The notes below the pieces were generated by a model. The model did not search any database and was not told the origin of the DNA. It saw only the letters and a program-made list of their open reading frames with translations. The translations under genes were made by a program, and so were the position numbers. From the NCBI RefSeq assembly GCF_009914755.1, contig NC_060929.1: 64,000 bases of DNA; one strand, written 5' to 3'. Positions 46,852-61,500 of the stretch are shown here, piece by piece. Position 1 is the first letter of the stretch. Each line of letters starts with the position of its first letter. Source of the stretch: the human T2T-CHM13v2.0 reference genome, Homo sapiens.

Positions 46852-47990
46852 TGAGTGGGACTTTCTTGTTTGTTAGAGTAGAGTTGGAAGGGGAAAGCTG
46901 AGGATTATGAAGGATAAATAATGCACCTTGTATAGAAAGCCACCAACAACAGGCCAGAATTCCTTTCTAGGGCTTTCTTAAAGATGAAACAACTGACCTT
47001 ACAGCTATCAGCACATACTCCCCACCTTCCCACCCTAGTTGGCCTAGTAAGGAGTGTTGGAGTTTTTCCTTTCCCACCACGCCCCCCTGCAAGCCACATG
47101 AAATGGGCCCCAAGAGAAACATCATTAAAGATTGGAGTTTACTTGCAAGAAGAGGAGGCTGGTGCCTCATTTACCAGTTGGTCAGCTGCTTAGGTATAGT
47201 TGATGCATTGATCTGCCCTGTGCCTGCTGAGCAGGGGCAAAGAGCCTTGGGAGAAATTGCAGAGTCTGGCTTGAAAGGGACATGTGGGTCTCCCATGGGC
47301 AAGTGCACATGGAAGGTGACAGCCTTGAGTTGTCTTGTTTCCTATCACTGGGCAAGGAGAGCCCAGCATAAGAGGCTGTGGGGTGTACACAGAGGCAGAG
47401 GCTGAAGGGGCTGGAGGAGGTCAACCTGCAGCTTGATCTGCCACATTGGGGAAGCCATGTATGTGAGAGAGCCTCTTTGAAGAACTTACCTGGCAGCCTC
47501 AAAGAGCCTGTTTTAGGGTGCCAGCTATTAAGATGGTTAGTGTTGGCCAGTGAGGCCATGAGCATTCACAGAGAAAGAACCATAACATAGGAAGTTCAGT
47601 AAGGAAACAGTTACCCTCCCTCTCCATTGCCTCTCCCAGTCCCCAACTTTGATAAAGGAGGGGCAGGAGCTGTCATTGAACCTGATCATGACCCATCCCT
47701 CTCTACTCCAAGAGGAAAAGTGAAGGGACAGGAGTGAAAGACAGATATGCCCTCTGCCCACTGCAGGTGCCCCCAGGTCATGATGGGGGTGGGTGGTTTG
47801 AATAGATATGATTGTAATTTTAGACTCGATTAGACCAGAATTTTTAACAGCTAAAAGTGAGAAGAAAGCTATGGGACCCCTCCATTTCTGCCTCCCTCAT
47901 AGGGATGGGAGATTGGACAGAGCACAGTTGTAAGTTGTAATCAGTTAAACCCCACCCCCCACTGCCCCACATTTTAGGTTAGTTTCCCAC
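46852..47990. mobile_element. Probable ancient LTR (MamGypLTR/LTR78/LTR81-like) interrupting an L1ME-like remnant
   Basis: tg...cccaca boundaries between AT-rich L1ME-like flanks; family uncertain. Confidence 0.35.
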
Positions 47991-48004
47991 AGCTCCATAT
48001 ATGT

Positions 48005-49017
48005 GATATGGGCAGACTATCTCTGGAAGGATAGAGAAGAAATGAGGAAATGCCTCTTGAAGAATGACTTGCAGACTGACCCCAGGCCAGGTATACTTCC
48101 TGCATATTTTTTGTGCTAGTTTTTGTTTGCTTGTTATCACATGCAAATATTACACAAAATAGGCAGAAGGCATGCCAAAGCAGTGAGAGGGAACAGGGAG
48201 GATGGAAGAATGGAGACAGGACCCTTATATCTCAGAAAAAATCAACCAAATTTATCTCTTTAAGGTAACAGGTTCACACTGAGGTGCAAAACTCATATCT
48301 ATTATTTGCCCCAGAAGGAATGGGTGCCGGGGTGATGGACGCTACTTTGCACACAGTTTGGTCCTGAGGGGCAGAGGAAGTGAGGATAAATGAGGATACT
48401 CACAGACAAGTTGCATGCTAGAATTGGCCTATCCGGGTGGCAGGAGACAGAAGAGACACTGGGATGCACACAGCCCTCCACCTGCCTGTCCTCTGCCTAA
48501 AGGAGTCTCTTAACCACTTCCTGGGTCATGAGAACATTCCAGAAAGTGGAACCTGACCCTGGCCTTCCCCACCAGACTGCGTGCAAAGGAAAAATCACTT
48601 CATTCAAGGATGAGTAGTCGGAAAGCGCCATCACGAGATCTGTGTACAGATAATAACAGAGGAAAGGGGTGTGGGACAGGGAGAGAAGAAACATCACCAC
48701 GGTATTACAGATATATGTACAGGATTCTCCCTGTGACACTGTTTGTAATAATGATAATAATAATAGTAACTTTAAAACTTGAGAATGGCCTAAATATCCA
48801 TGAATAAGGAACTAATTCTACAAATCATGGTACATCTATATAACTAGTTCTTTTGAAGCCTATTTTGTGTAATATTTGTATGTGATAACAAGCAAACAAA
48901 AACCAGCACAAAAGGTATGCCGGAAGTATACCTGACCTGGGGTCAGTCTGCAAGTCATTCCTCAAGAGGCTTTTCCTCATTTCTTCTGTATCCTTCCAGA
49001 GATAGTCTGCCCGTATC
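48005..49017. repeat. Inverted repeat: arms 48005-48164 and 48858-49017 (160 bp each), 693-bp spacer
   Basis: Hand alignment of arm 1 to the reverse complement of arm 2: 10 substitutions, no gaps (~94%). Confidence 0.95.
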
Positions 49018-49169
49018 CATAAAATCATGAGTTCTGTCTGTACATGCTAATATGGAAAGATATTCAAGATATATAACTTTAAGCGATTTATTAAATAGGC
49101 AACATATAAACATAGTATAAAATCCTAATAATACAAAAGGGTATACAGTGCAAAGGAAGTTGCTCTTTT

Positions 49170-50383
<1,214 letters not shown>

Positions 50384-51388
50384 AGGAAGTTGCACTTTTA
50401 CCTCATCCCTCAACAGTTCAGATCCTCTCACCAGGGGCAACCCCTATTTTTGGATTCTTGTGCTAGGATATGTTATCAAATTTTTTTAAAAAGGTCAGAC
50501 CACCGTATGATTCCATATGTGTAAAATTTAGAAGATTACATATATATTTGCAGGTGTGGGTATGTGTACAATATATATATGTTATACATATACACAATAC
50601 AATATATAAAATCAATATATATTATTTTTTCTAAAACGGGACTGATGACTCAATTAATTAATTAATAATTTCCCCATCAGTCAGATGGGGAAGGGGCTTT
50701 TTATTTTCCATCTTTCTTCATTGAATATTTACCATATGCACTTTCACTTGTATGTTTAATCTTTTTATTTATTTAAAGTAGGTACTGGGATGTAGGGAGT
50801 TGGAGAAACCCGTTTGGACTAGACTTTAAAGAACTGTGGCAGAAGGGTATGAGATACAATAACAGCTTGAGGGAATAGCAGGATTGAGAAAAAGCATCTT
50901 TCATTTAAGGGAACCTCGACTATGTTTGTTTTATTTTTTTCCTTTTGCAGAGAGGAAGCAACTAGTTGAGGGGGGAGAATATGAGAGAGAGAGACAGAGA
51001 GAGAGAAAGACGATGCTTGATGGAGCAAAGTCACCAACAGCACTGGAGGAGGGGACAGAGGGCCAGGCAGTGGGGCTGACCTCAGAGAAGAGGGGTGCAC
51101 CTTTGGAGGGTGCACCGGGAAGGGAGGGGACAAACAAGGAGGGTGCCGAGGCTGAGGATGGGCAAGCTAACTGGCCACAGTGCAAGCCCAAGGGGACGAG
51201 GGATTCCAGACTCTGGACACACGGCCGAAATAGCCAACTGTGGGCTCCTGGCTACAGAGGAGGTGAGTGGAGCCAGGAGAAGAAGATGAGAGAAGAGAAT
51301 GGAGAGGCATTAAGTCAAGATGAAGAATAAAAACTGGTTCAGTGCCAGGGTTTAAAAAAACAATAATATTTTTAAAACGTTATGCCCA

Positions 51389-51427
51389 GTGACAGGAAAT
51401 TCAGGCTCTGGGTGACAGGAAATTCAG
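51389..51427. repeat. Direct repeat gtgacaggaaattcag x2 (period 23)
   Basis: Copies at 51389-51404 and 51412-51427. Confidence 0.9.
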
Positions 51428-52215
51428 TAGGCACTCGGTGGCTGCTGGGCTGCATGACTCAATTTGTGTAGCAATGTCGAATGCTGAAACAAAAAATAAA
51501 AGTTTTTTAAAAAATACTTTCAAGGTTTTGGGAAATATAATTTTGGTTAACATGACCCCACAATTAAATGAGGTCTATTTAATTAGGGAGGCAGTACTTC
51601 TGGAGGAAAACAAATTGCCTAGGCTGTCAATTTAGCAATGCAACAAAACATGAAATCAATAGTTTATTAATATCAGGTGTATGGGTATACACCTGCCTTA
51701 TACAGAAGTAAGAGCTGTATTCACACACCTAGTTGCAAAGAAATTAAACATGAGCTGAGATGCTCAAAGAAAATGAATCACTTAGGGATAGAGCATCTCT
51801 AATTCGAAAGGACAGTTTGTCCCACCCAGAAACAATCTCTGGGCTCATGTGTAGATGGAACTGTCACTTGGAATGACTTGTCAAAAGGGCTTCAGGTAAA
51901 ACTAAAGCTGAAACTGAAAGGTAAAACTCTGAGCTAATAATAACTATTGACCCACATCACCAGAAAGTTTTGGAAATGAATCAAGAGGAAACAACAGCCA
52001 CTTAGCCCTTCCTCACCCAAGAATCCTCTCTGCCATTCCTTTCCATCCAGCACTTTTTCCCTGTGTAATAACTTTTGGCTCTCATATTTCATTACTCCTC
52101 CACAGAATATGAGGTTCAATTACAGGACTCTCACACAGATAGATGACAAGTGTACTTGTGACAAAATGTTCTCTAGTGGGCTTCTGGCTAATATATTTTT
52201 GGCACATCCAAATTA

Positions 52216-52643
<428 letters not shown>

Positions 52644-55600
52644 AAGTGCAGAACCATGTGTATAGGATAATCTCTTTTTTATGAATATAAAAATCTAGGG
52701 TATGAAAACATTATATAATGTGTGTGTATATGGTTATATATGAATGAGATAGAGCTGTATATCCTAACATGAAACATTTCCAAGTGAAAAACATACTAAA
52801 TTTGTTACTTTGCAAAGTAATATCTACATCTAAAAAATGAAAAATAAAAAAATGACACATGCATAGACGCATGTGCTGTGCAGCGTGGGTGCCTAGACAG
52901 GGGAGTAGGAGGAGGCACAGCCAGCCGTGGGCAGTGCGACCTTGAGGAGGAGTGAACTGGAGCGGGATGGTGCAGGTTTTCAGCTTTGCTCTGTAAACTT
53001 CTATATTATTTGAAACTTATACAATCAGGATATATTCCTATATGACTTATGTAAGAAAATAAAGAGAAACAGTAAGCACCAAAAATGAAAAGTGTGTAAT
53101 CAACTCTTTGAGGCCTTCATAGGAAACTGGAGAACCAGACAGGAGTTAACACAAACATGAAATGACACATCCAGGTCTACTAATCATGACTACACTGGGA
53201 AAGAGGGGACAGAGAATTTGGTAGTCATGGCAGACCCAAGTATCTTACTTCTGCAGATTTGAGGAATACCAGAGAACTGTGAAGAGACTGAGCTTGAAAG
53301 TCCATCTCAAAAGGTCTTTGCCCTTCAGCAGTGACATGGCAGTGGGGAGGAAGGAAGAAAACAGGCTGTCTTTGTGTGGCTGGTGATGCCTAAGTGCTGG
53401 AGCGTGAGACAGTCCCCAGGCCCTGTGCCATAGCTGACATGCAGGAATAGGCGTTGGCACTGGGGAGAGCCAGTCTGCTTGTGACAGAAGCAGCAGATGA
53501 TCAGAAATGGAGGGCGCTTTCTGACAATGACACCATCATCCCACAGGGAAGGAACATCTGACTCTTGGCTCCCACTAAGATGCTGCCAGAGCGGCTGGTC
53601 TCAAAGGGCAAAACAACAGCCCCTGATGGAAAGTCTTCACGACGCAGCCTCCGAGGTCCTTCCGCTCAAGGTAAGAGCCCTGCTTGCCTGGCTCTAACTG
53701 GATTCCTGAAAACACTCAGGCACAGGGCAAGCTGAGGAAGGGGTGGTGTGGGGCGGGGCGGTGGCAACAAGTCAGTCTTCTGAATCCCCTATCAAAAATC
53801 TGGGAAAGGTAGCTTTTTACAATGAGGGTTGGAAACACTGATACAGAGGATGCTGACTGGGGAGGTTTGGAGCCAACCATGGGACCAGGCCTGTCCATTA
53901 CAATAGAACCAACAGGGCAACCTGGAGTCACATAGGCTAATCTAAACCAGCCTGACTGATCCCCGTGTCCTTCCCAGGACTTCACTGCTCCAAGAGTAAT
54001 CAGTCATGTGTCTCAGTAGCAGGAATGAAATCTTTGACCTCACAGCAAGTGAAGCTGGTGAAGGAACAGAAGAGAAGTGAGAATAGGTCCATCTCCACAA
54101 TGAGGGGAGGACAGCATGGAAGAGGGAGTCCAGGCCCTGCCAGCTGAGGAGATGGGGACATAAGGCACAGCTGTGGTAACCCTGGGCCACCACTCTCCAG
54201 CGTCCCCAAAGCCTGCTGTGGTACTCTGTGGCTGCCCTCTGCATCCTGTCTGGCTACCAAGGCGAAAGGGTCTCAGCTGTTTAGGCTAGTGCCAGCCATG
54301 CTCCCTCTAATGCCTAAGTGAGGGTTCCGAGGCCTCCACTTCAGCATCTGGGATACTACAAGGGGGACCCAGGAGGAGAAGGGGCCCTAAACATGATCAG
54401 GGGATTTTGGCATCCAAACGTGTTGGCCTGGAGACTGTGGGGAGCATAGAAGCTTGGAGAACACACAGCAGGTGTTGATGTGAGGCTGGGCGATGGGGAA
54501 ATGGAGACTGGGGTTGGGAAACCAACCCCTGGAACAGAGGAAACACAACGCCTTAGGCCTTTACATAACCAGCTTTCAACCTGTCTGCACAGGAGAGTCT
54601 CCTGGGAAGCTTTAAAAATACCTGTCTGGGCCCCAACCCGGAACAACTAAATTGGAACCCCAGGGGTCCTCTTGGACTTATGCTCCTTCTAGAGACCTTT
54701 CTTCCTCAGTGGAAAACCCACTCAAAGGTGTCTTTTCCGTCTTTGCCGGAAGGCAGAAAATTCACTTGGCACACAGGCTTCTCTGCCAAGTCTTGGGAAG
54801 TTTACCTACTCTGTGAGGTGCTGTTTCACTATGAAATTTACTCCCCTGTGACGTTCAATCCAGGAAACTGAGTCTCAAGGACCCTGGCTAACAACGGCCC
54901 TCACCTCCCTTTGGGTGTATCCCCATTTATTTATGGAAAGTATTTTCTGCCACGTGAAGCACAAAGATTTACTGAGAGGAGGGTGTAGCAGAGTGGTGGG
55001 TTAATCCTGAGTGGAGTTGCTTTGCTGTGCAGGTAACTTCCTCTTCCCCCTTACAGCATGAACAGACAGGCCTTTGTGTTCTGAGTTCTTGATTCCCTTG
55101 TCCTGGGTGTGGAATGGACAAACACTAAGCTCTTTTGCTTTTTAGAATGGAGATATTGTTTTGAAATGTAAGCTGGAGAAAGGTAGGAGACAGCAACTAG
55201 GCTTTGAGAAGAAGGGAGTGGCCTGGCTCTGATGGTAGAGAGAGAGTGGCCAGTCTTGAGTGGTGGGGACTTGCATGCCACTCACCATCCAGCACCCAAG
55301 TTGAGATGTACATCTCAGGTGAACTGAGTGAACTGAGGCCATGGACACCTAGGGATGAGACCCGGAGTCTCAGGAACTGGGAGCCAAGTGAAAGGGCCAA
55401 AGACCTCGTCTGACCTGGAGATGGTAGGGGCCACCAGAGGAGCCTGCAGATGGGGGCATCGTCCTGGGGACCTGGACAATAAGCAGCTCACTGGCTACCA
55501 TGCTGCACTAAAGGCCCCTGCCCAATGTTCCTGAATGGTGGAAACTCTAGGACTCTAGACTTCTTTGATCTTCCCAAGGGAGGGATAAGCACAAGGTGAT

Positions 55601-55657
55601 TGGGGTCTGGGCCAGATTTAATTTTCTTTAGAGAAATTAAGAAATGTGGCAATTCTG

Positions 55658-55950
55658 TTTTTTTTTTTTTTTTTTTTTTTTGAGACAGAGTCTCACTCTG
55701 TCGCCAGGCTGGTGTGATCTGGGCTCACTGCAATCTCCGCCTCCTGAGTTCAAGTGATTGTCTTGCCTCAGCCTCCTGAGTAGCTGGGACTACAGGCGCC
55801 CGCCACCACGCCCAGCTAATTTTTGTATTTTGGGTAGAGACGGGGTTTCACCACGTTGCCCAGGGTGGTCTCCATCCCTTGACCTCATGATCCGCCCACC
55901 TCAGCCTCCCAAAGTGCTGGGATTACAGGCATGAGCTACCGCGCCCGGCC
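55658..55950 (-). mobile_element. AluSc-like
   Basis: TSD aaatgtggcaattct (55642 / 55952). Confidence 0.92.
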
Positions 55951-58454
55951 AAAATGTGGCAATTCTTATGCTCTAGGGTAGTGGAGTGATTCACACGACC
56001 TATATAGATTTGTTGGTTTAAGCAGATCATTGAGGGAGGGCGTTTCCATCCAGTGGCTTTGAAGAAGAGGGTAGAATTAAAGTCTGGTGTATGGCATGAA
56101 AAAACCCAACAGAGCCAAAGGGGTGATGCAGGAAAGCCAGGGGAGGAGATCCTGGTAGCAGGTGTTCTAAAAGGAACTTTGGAACCAGCAATAACTAGCA
56201 TTTTCTGTGGGATATGGATCTAAAGCTCTTCTGTTCCTCCTCTAGGGCATCTTCAGTGAAGTTGAACCTGGTTCCCCAAAGTTTACATGTGATGGCTTCT
56301 CTTACCCCAATTCCTCCTTGGAAAATTTTTAAAGTAGCTGTGATTTATTGTTACAAAAACTCCTATAGAAATGTGTACTTCCTCTCATTCCTGACCCCTA
56401 GCTTCAGTTCCTCTCCCCAAAAGCAACCACTGTTACCAGTTTCTCGTTTCTCCTTCTGGGGATGCCCTTCATGTATTTTTTCTTAAACAGTATCATTTCT
56501 GCTGCTGTTCCACCCCAGCCCTGGTCACTTCACAATTGACCTTGAGCAGATGTACCCCTAACTCATTTTTAGAATGCTACTCACAATTCCATTTTGTGAA
56601 TGTACCCTCATACATTCAACCAGTCTCCTGTTATTGGAGTTTCCAACATGACTTTCCTTTCTGTGTGAGTGTTTTCTTTTGGAGAGCTCAGAGGTACCTG
56701 GGGGGTACTCAGGAGCTTGAGGTCAGAGGACCCAGAGAGTTGAAATCCTGGGGAATTGCTAATATTGGGGAACTTTGGGGTTTCCCCAGCCAAGGCATTG
56801 GAGATTTGAGGTGATACTAAAAATATCTCAAGGGTTGATATTTCAGTTTTTTTCCCTCCTCTGAATCCCAGAAATTTCTGGACTAAGCTCCCCTTATGTG
56901 CATTAGTGGAGAGATGAAGAGAATGCACCTTTACATGCCCTGCAGTCTGACCCAGAGGCTCTCCATAAAATTGGATTGAATTGAATATACCTTATGTTTG
57001 TGAACAAAAATATAGCATTTGTTGCACAGTTTTTTTTTTCTCCTCTGAATCTTCCAGTAGAGAATGGCAATCCTTGCAAAGACCTTCCTATTAGTTTTGG
57101 GAATCAGCAGATGGTGTCCGACATGCACTTAATTTGTTTTTTCCTTCCCCCCAACTCTGGCCCCGTCTTTTTTAGGCCCTGCTATTTTGCTGGGCTGAGC
57201 AGTATTCCTGCCTTTCAACATCACCCTGAAGGCTCTGACCTGTGAGTACTGATTCACAGGCGGTGTTGGAGGCACTTTAAGATTCCTGCCATGTCATCCT
57301 GTTCCTCTTCTGACACAGGCAAGAGCAGTAATGTTCCAGTTGGGCGTTGACTTCTTCCAGGACTGGGTCAACATTCAGGAATTATGAAACTAGTTGCCTC
57401 ATTTCCTCATGATCTGAAAAACCAAAGGCAATTCCCTCAGGAGGAACAAGTGGGTGGCTGCCATATAGACACCAGCTGGATATCCTCATAGTCGGAGTTT
57501 GAGATGAGGAAAGGGTGATGCCCCTTGATAGCAACTTAATGCACATGGGGCATTATTCTGACACACAGTGACACACCTGGCTGTTGTTACTCCTCTTGGA
57601 TTATTCCATCCCTTGTACTGAGAGCAAGGCCAACCCCAACATGATGAAGCAATTGGTTGGGAGGAAGGTTTCCATAAAAGAAAGGAGAAAGAGAATGATG
57701 CAATCTCCATTTTTGTTTCTTCCTCACCTAGTTGAATTCTATAGCAACATTAGCAGAAACACTAGATCCAAGCTCAGGATTCCCAGTTGTGGTGGTGGGA
57801 GAGGTGCCCCCAGGAAGTATTGTAGGACTCCTGGAAGTATACACAGGGCTAATGCTAGGCTGCAGTTCAGCAGCATGCGGCAAGGACCAGCAGCAGTTCT
57901 GATTGGTTGGGGCCAACGCGATCTGGGGCGTTAATATTTTAAATATGTCTAGATGTATTCTGATATTTAATATTACATAAACATTTTATATGTGGAAAAT
58001 AAAGGAGGGGAATTTTGTAATTCAAACTACAGGAACTGGTAGGTGAGATGGAGTAATGCAAAAATCACAGTGGGAGGAAAGAAATCCCTGGGGACCACCC
58101 CAGCATTTGGGATGGTGATAGTAAGAATTTTGCACATATCAGAAGGGCACATGAGTAAAATATGGTTGAGAAACACTACATAAAATAGAGGTGGTTCTGG
58201 TTTGATACCAGCAGGGGTGATACATGAAGAAAACCCATTATAAATCTTCCGTGCATGCCGTTGCGGGGTGGTGCGTTGTCAGACATAGAGATTGAAATCA
58301 CTCAGCCTTGTGGTCATGAGGCGTGCCAATGGCTTTCCTGAGTCTTTGGGGGCTCCTGAGCAGTGTTCCAGGCACCCTCGTTTGTTCTCACCATTCTGTG
58401 ATTTCAGGCTCACGTGTTGGAAAAGGGCTTCCTGAAGTAGAGGCCCACAGAAGG

Positions 58455-58700
58455 CACTACAGTGTGGTGGTGAAGAGTGTGGTTTCAGTCCCAGGCAGAC
58501 CCAGTCCCAGTTCCTCGGCTGCCACTCACTGGCCACAGAATGCAAGCAAGTGACTTAATCTCTCCGGCCTCCAGTTTCCTCTTTGGTGAGGGTCACAGGA
58601 CTCACCGCAGAGGAGAGGGGAGGAGCATTTGAGATGATATACTGATAATGTGTTTTCCACAGGGCCTGGCCTAGAGTAGGTGCTTAGTAAGTGGTAGCTG
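58455..58700 (+). mobile_element. MIR
   Basis: gtgtggtggtgaagagtgtgg...gcaagtgacttaatctctccggcctccagtttcctc...gtaggtgcttagtaa. Confidence 0.75.
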
Positions 58701-59038
58701 GCACTGCCAGTGCACAGGAGTGAGAGAGCTTGTGAGTCCCACTTCAGCCACAGAAGAGGAGGCAGAAATGCCATGAAGGTTGAGAACTGGAAAAGGGTGA
58801 TGATCAGGAATAATGACCCTAAGGAAGCAGGAAGTCTTCTGAATCCTCGAAGATTTCCCTGTCCCCAGTAAATCTCCAGTCCTGATGAAGAAAAAAATCT
58901 TGTTTCTTGTTTTCGAGAGTGTCAGAAGTAGCTGGAAAGATGTGTCCTGTGCCTAGCCAAAGTTAGGAGAAGAGAAAACACCTAGGAACCAGAGGCAAAA
59001 AGAAAAAAAAAAACCTGGAACCTGGGGCTTGCAGAAAG

Positions 59039-59040
<2 letters not shown>

Positions 59041-59070
<30 letters not shown>
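59041..59070 (+). repeat. Poly(A)30 run
   Basis: 30 consecutive A's with no adjacent Alu or L1 body. Confidence 0.95.
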
Positions 59071-59072
<2 letters not shown>

Positions 59073-60536
59073 GTAGCTGACAGTCAGCCAAGACTCGAAG
59101 TGTGGCCCCAGGGGCTTGGCCAACAAGAAGCCTGTGGCAATTCCTGACGCAGTAGTTCTGGGAAGTTGATTTACCCAATAAACCTCCCTGCATGGGCTCA
59201 GTTTAAGTTTGCAGCTTACTATAAATAAATGTTTGTTCAATGAACACAACTGAATGGGCAGGCTAGCTTGGCTAATAGTATCTATGATTTAGCTACTCTA
59301 GAGCCTTCCAAAGGTATCAGGTGTGCCTTATCCATTAGCACAGAAAGGCACAGGGCTGAGCAGGTGAAGGGAGTACACCGCTGTGGTTTGACCTGCTCAA
59401 TATCCCTTCTTCCTGAAACAGAATCTATCTTTTCTTCTTGGGGAGCCACCCCTCCACTACTTTTAGCCCTTGGCTTAGGTTCCTCTTTTAAGACTCAGTT
59501 CTACCAGGAGGTAACCTCTGGTAAATTCTCAAATCCCAGTGCCAGGGTTAGGCATGCGATCAAGGCAATATATCCAAGAAGCGGTATGGGAGGCAATTTG
59601 AGCCAATGAGATGCAACTCAATACCTGGAGCCCCTGGGCCAGAGACTTGGAGTTTGTATATCTGCAATTGTTGGGGTTTTGCCTTCTCTCCAAGAAAGCC
59701 TGAGTGAGGATGAAGACAACAGGATAAAGCAGAAACGAGAGGGAGAGATGGATTCCTCCTGACACCATTTGAGCTCCTCCTTCTCCAGCTGAGCGTGAGC
59801 TAGCCCTGCATTTTCCCGTTGCCTGGGCTCGTAAATTCTCTTTGTGCTTGAGTGGGTTTGAGGTGGGCATCTTTCACCTAAATACAATGGCAAACTGAGA
59901 GGGTACCTTCTGTTATCTCTTCACCAGCAGAGTGGAAAAGCAACAGAGTCCTCCTTGTGACCTGAATTATAGATTTCACAGCTCTTTTCAAGGGTTAGCC
60001 TCTGTGTTGACTTTTGGTCTTCCCAACTCAGGTGCTTGATTTAAGCTCTAGTCTGAAATTAATTCCACATTTTGTAAAATAAGGAGGAAACAGGAGCTGA
60101 TGAGGAAGCATCAACATTTTACAATAAGATCGATTTATATAAAATTTGCTAAACATCTGCCAGTGTATCCACTGCCGAGCCTGGATTATCATCTCCAGCA
60201 TGGAGTACTGTCTTTTTCTTAACTGCATGGGAGCCATTCTGAGAAACAGTAGGAAATAACTTTGTTAAAAGATGGAGAAGAGTCATCTGGACAATGGAAA
60301 TTAGTATTCTATTACCTTTCAAGTTTGATGAGTATGGGTTTGGGGTTTAGTAAGTAGTAAATATGGTTTGCATGTCTGTGTCTCTGGCAAGAGGATATAT
60401 ATCTCTGAATAGAACTTGGTCAGCAAATATAAACTGCCTTTAGGTTCATATAGTTTGACAAACATGCTTTTCTAACCTGTGGGTCAGATGGAGATGTGGT
60501 TCTTTCTTGTTCCCTGCAGACACCCTGGTCTCCCTT

Positions 60537-60908
60537 TGTATTAGTCCATTTTCACACTGCTATAAAGAATACCTGAGACTGGGTAATTTATTAAAAAAAA
60601 AGAGGTTTAATTGATTCACAGTTGAGCATGGCTGGAGAGGCTGCAGGAAACTTACAATCATGGTGAAAGGCAAAGGGGGAAGCAAGGCGTGTCTTACATG
60701 GTGGGAGGAGAGAGAGAGACAGCAAGGGAAGGGGACGTGCTACACTTTTAAACCATCAGATCTCATAAGAACTCTCTCACTATCACAAGAACAGCATGGG
60801 GGAAACCACGCCCATGATCCAATCACCTCCCACTGGTTCCTCCCTCAACACTTAGGGATTATAATTCAAGATGAGATTTGGATGGGGACAGAAAGCCAAA
60901 CCATATCA
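60537..60908 (-). mobile_element. THE1/MST-type MaLR solo LTR (372 bp)
   Basis: tgtattagtccattttcacactgctataaag...gccaaaccatatca; 5-bp TSD ccctt. Confidence 0.92.
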
Positions 60909-61212
60909 CCCTTCTTCTACATATCCAAAATGTTCCCTACCTTTTCAATTCAAGCCATGTGTGAGATTGGGAAAGTTCTCAATGTGCTTCAGTGATCTTA
61001 TCTGTAAAATGAGCAGCTTGGACTAGATCAATGGTTCCAACTTTAAAAAAAGGAGTAGAATTCTTTGTTCAAACAGAACTTACACTGAACCCCCATAAAT
61101 AAACAGATAAAACTGTTGCTATTAAAATGTGGGTGGGACCTGGAAGCCTCCTTGGTTGGCCTCAAGGATGGCTCTTGAGGTACCTTCATGAGCCTTTAAG
61201 ACTCAGATGAAC

Positions 61213-61500
61213 AGCCAGGCCTGGTGGTTCATGCCTGTAATCCCGGCACTTTGGGAGGCCATGGAGGGCGGCTGACCTGAGGTCAGGAGTTCGAGACCAG
61301 CCTGGCCAACTTGGCAAAACCTAGTCTCTACTAAAAATACAAAAATTAGCCAGGTGTGGTGGCGGGCACCTGTAGTCCCAGCTACTCAGGAGGCTGAGGC
61401 AGGAGAATCTCTTGAACTCGGGAGGTAGAGGTTGCAGTGAGCCGAGATTGCACCACTTCACTCCAGCCTGGGCAACAGAGAGAGACTCCATCTCAAAAAA
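61213..61500 (+). mobile_element. AluS
   Basis: TSD aagactcagatgaac. Confidence 0.92.

Noticed and set aside
55430-55446. CTCF-like GGCCACCAGAGGAGCC (weaker ones near 24070 and 34010)
   Set aside because: Mismatches in the conserved GGC part of the core.
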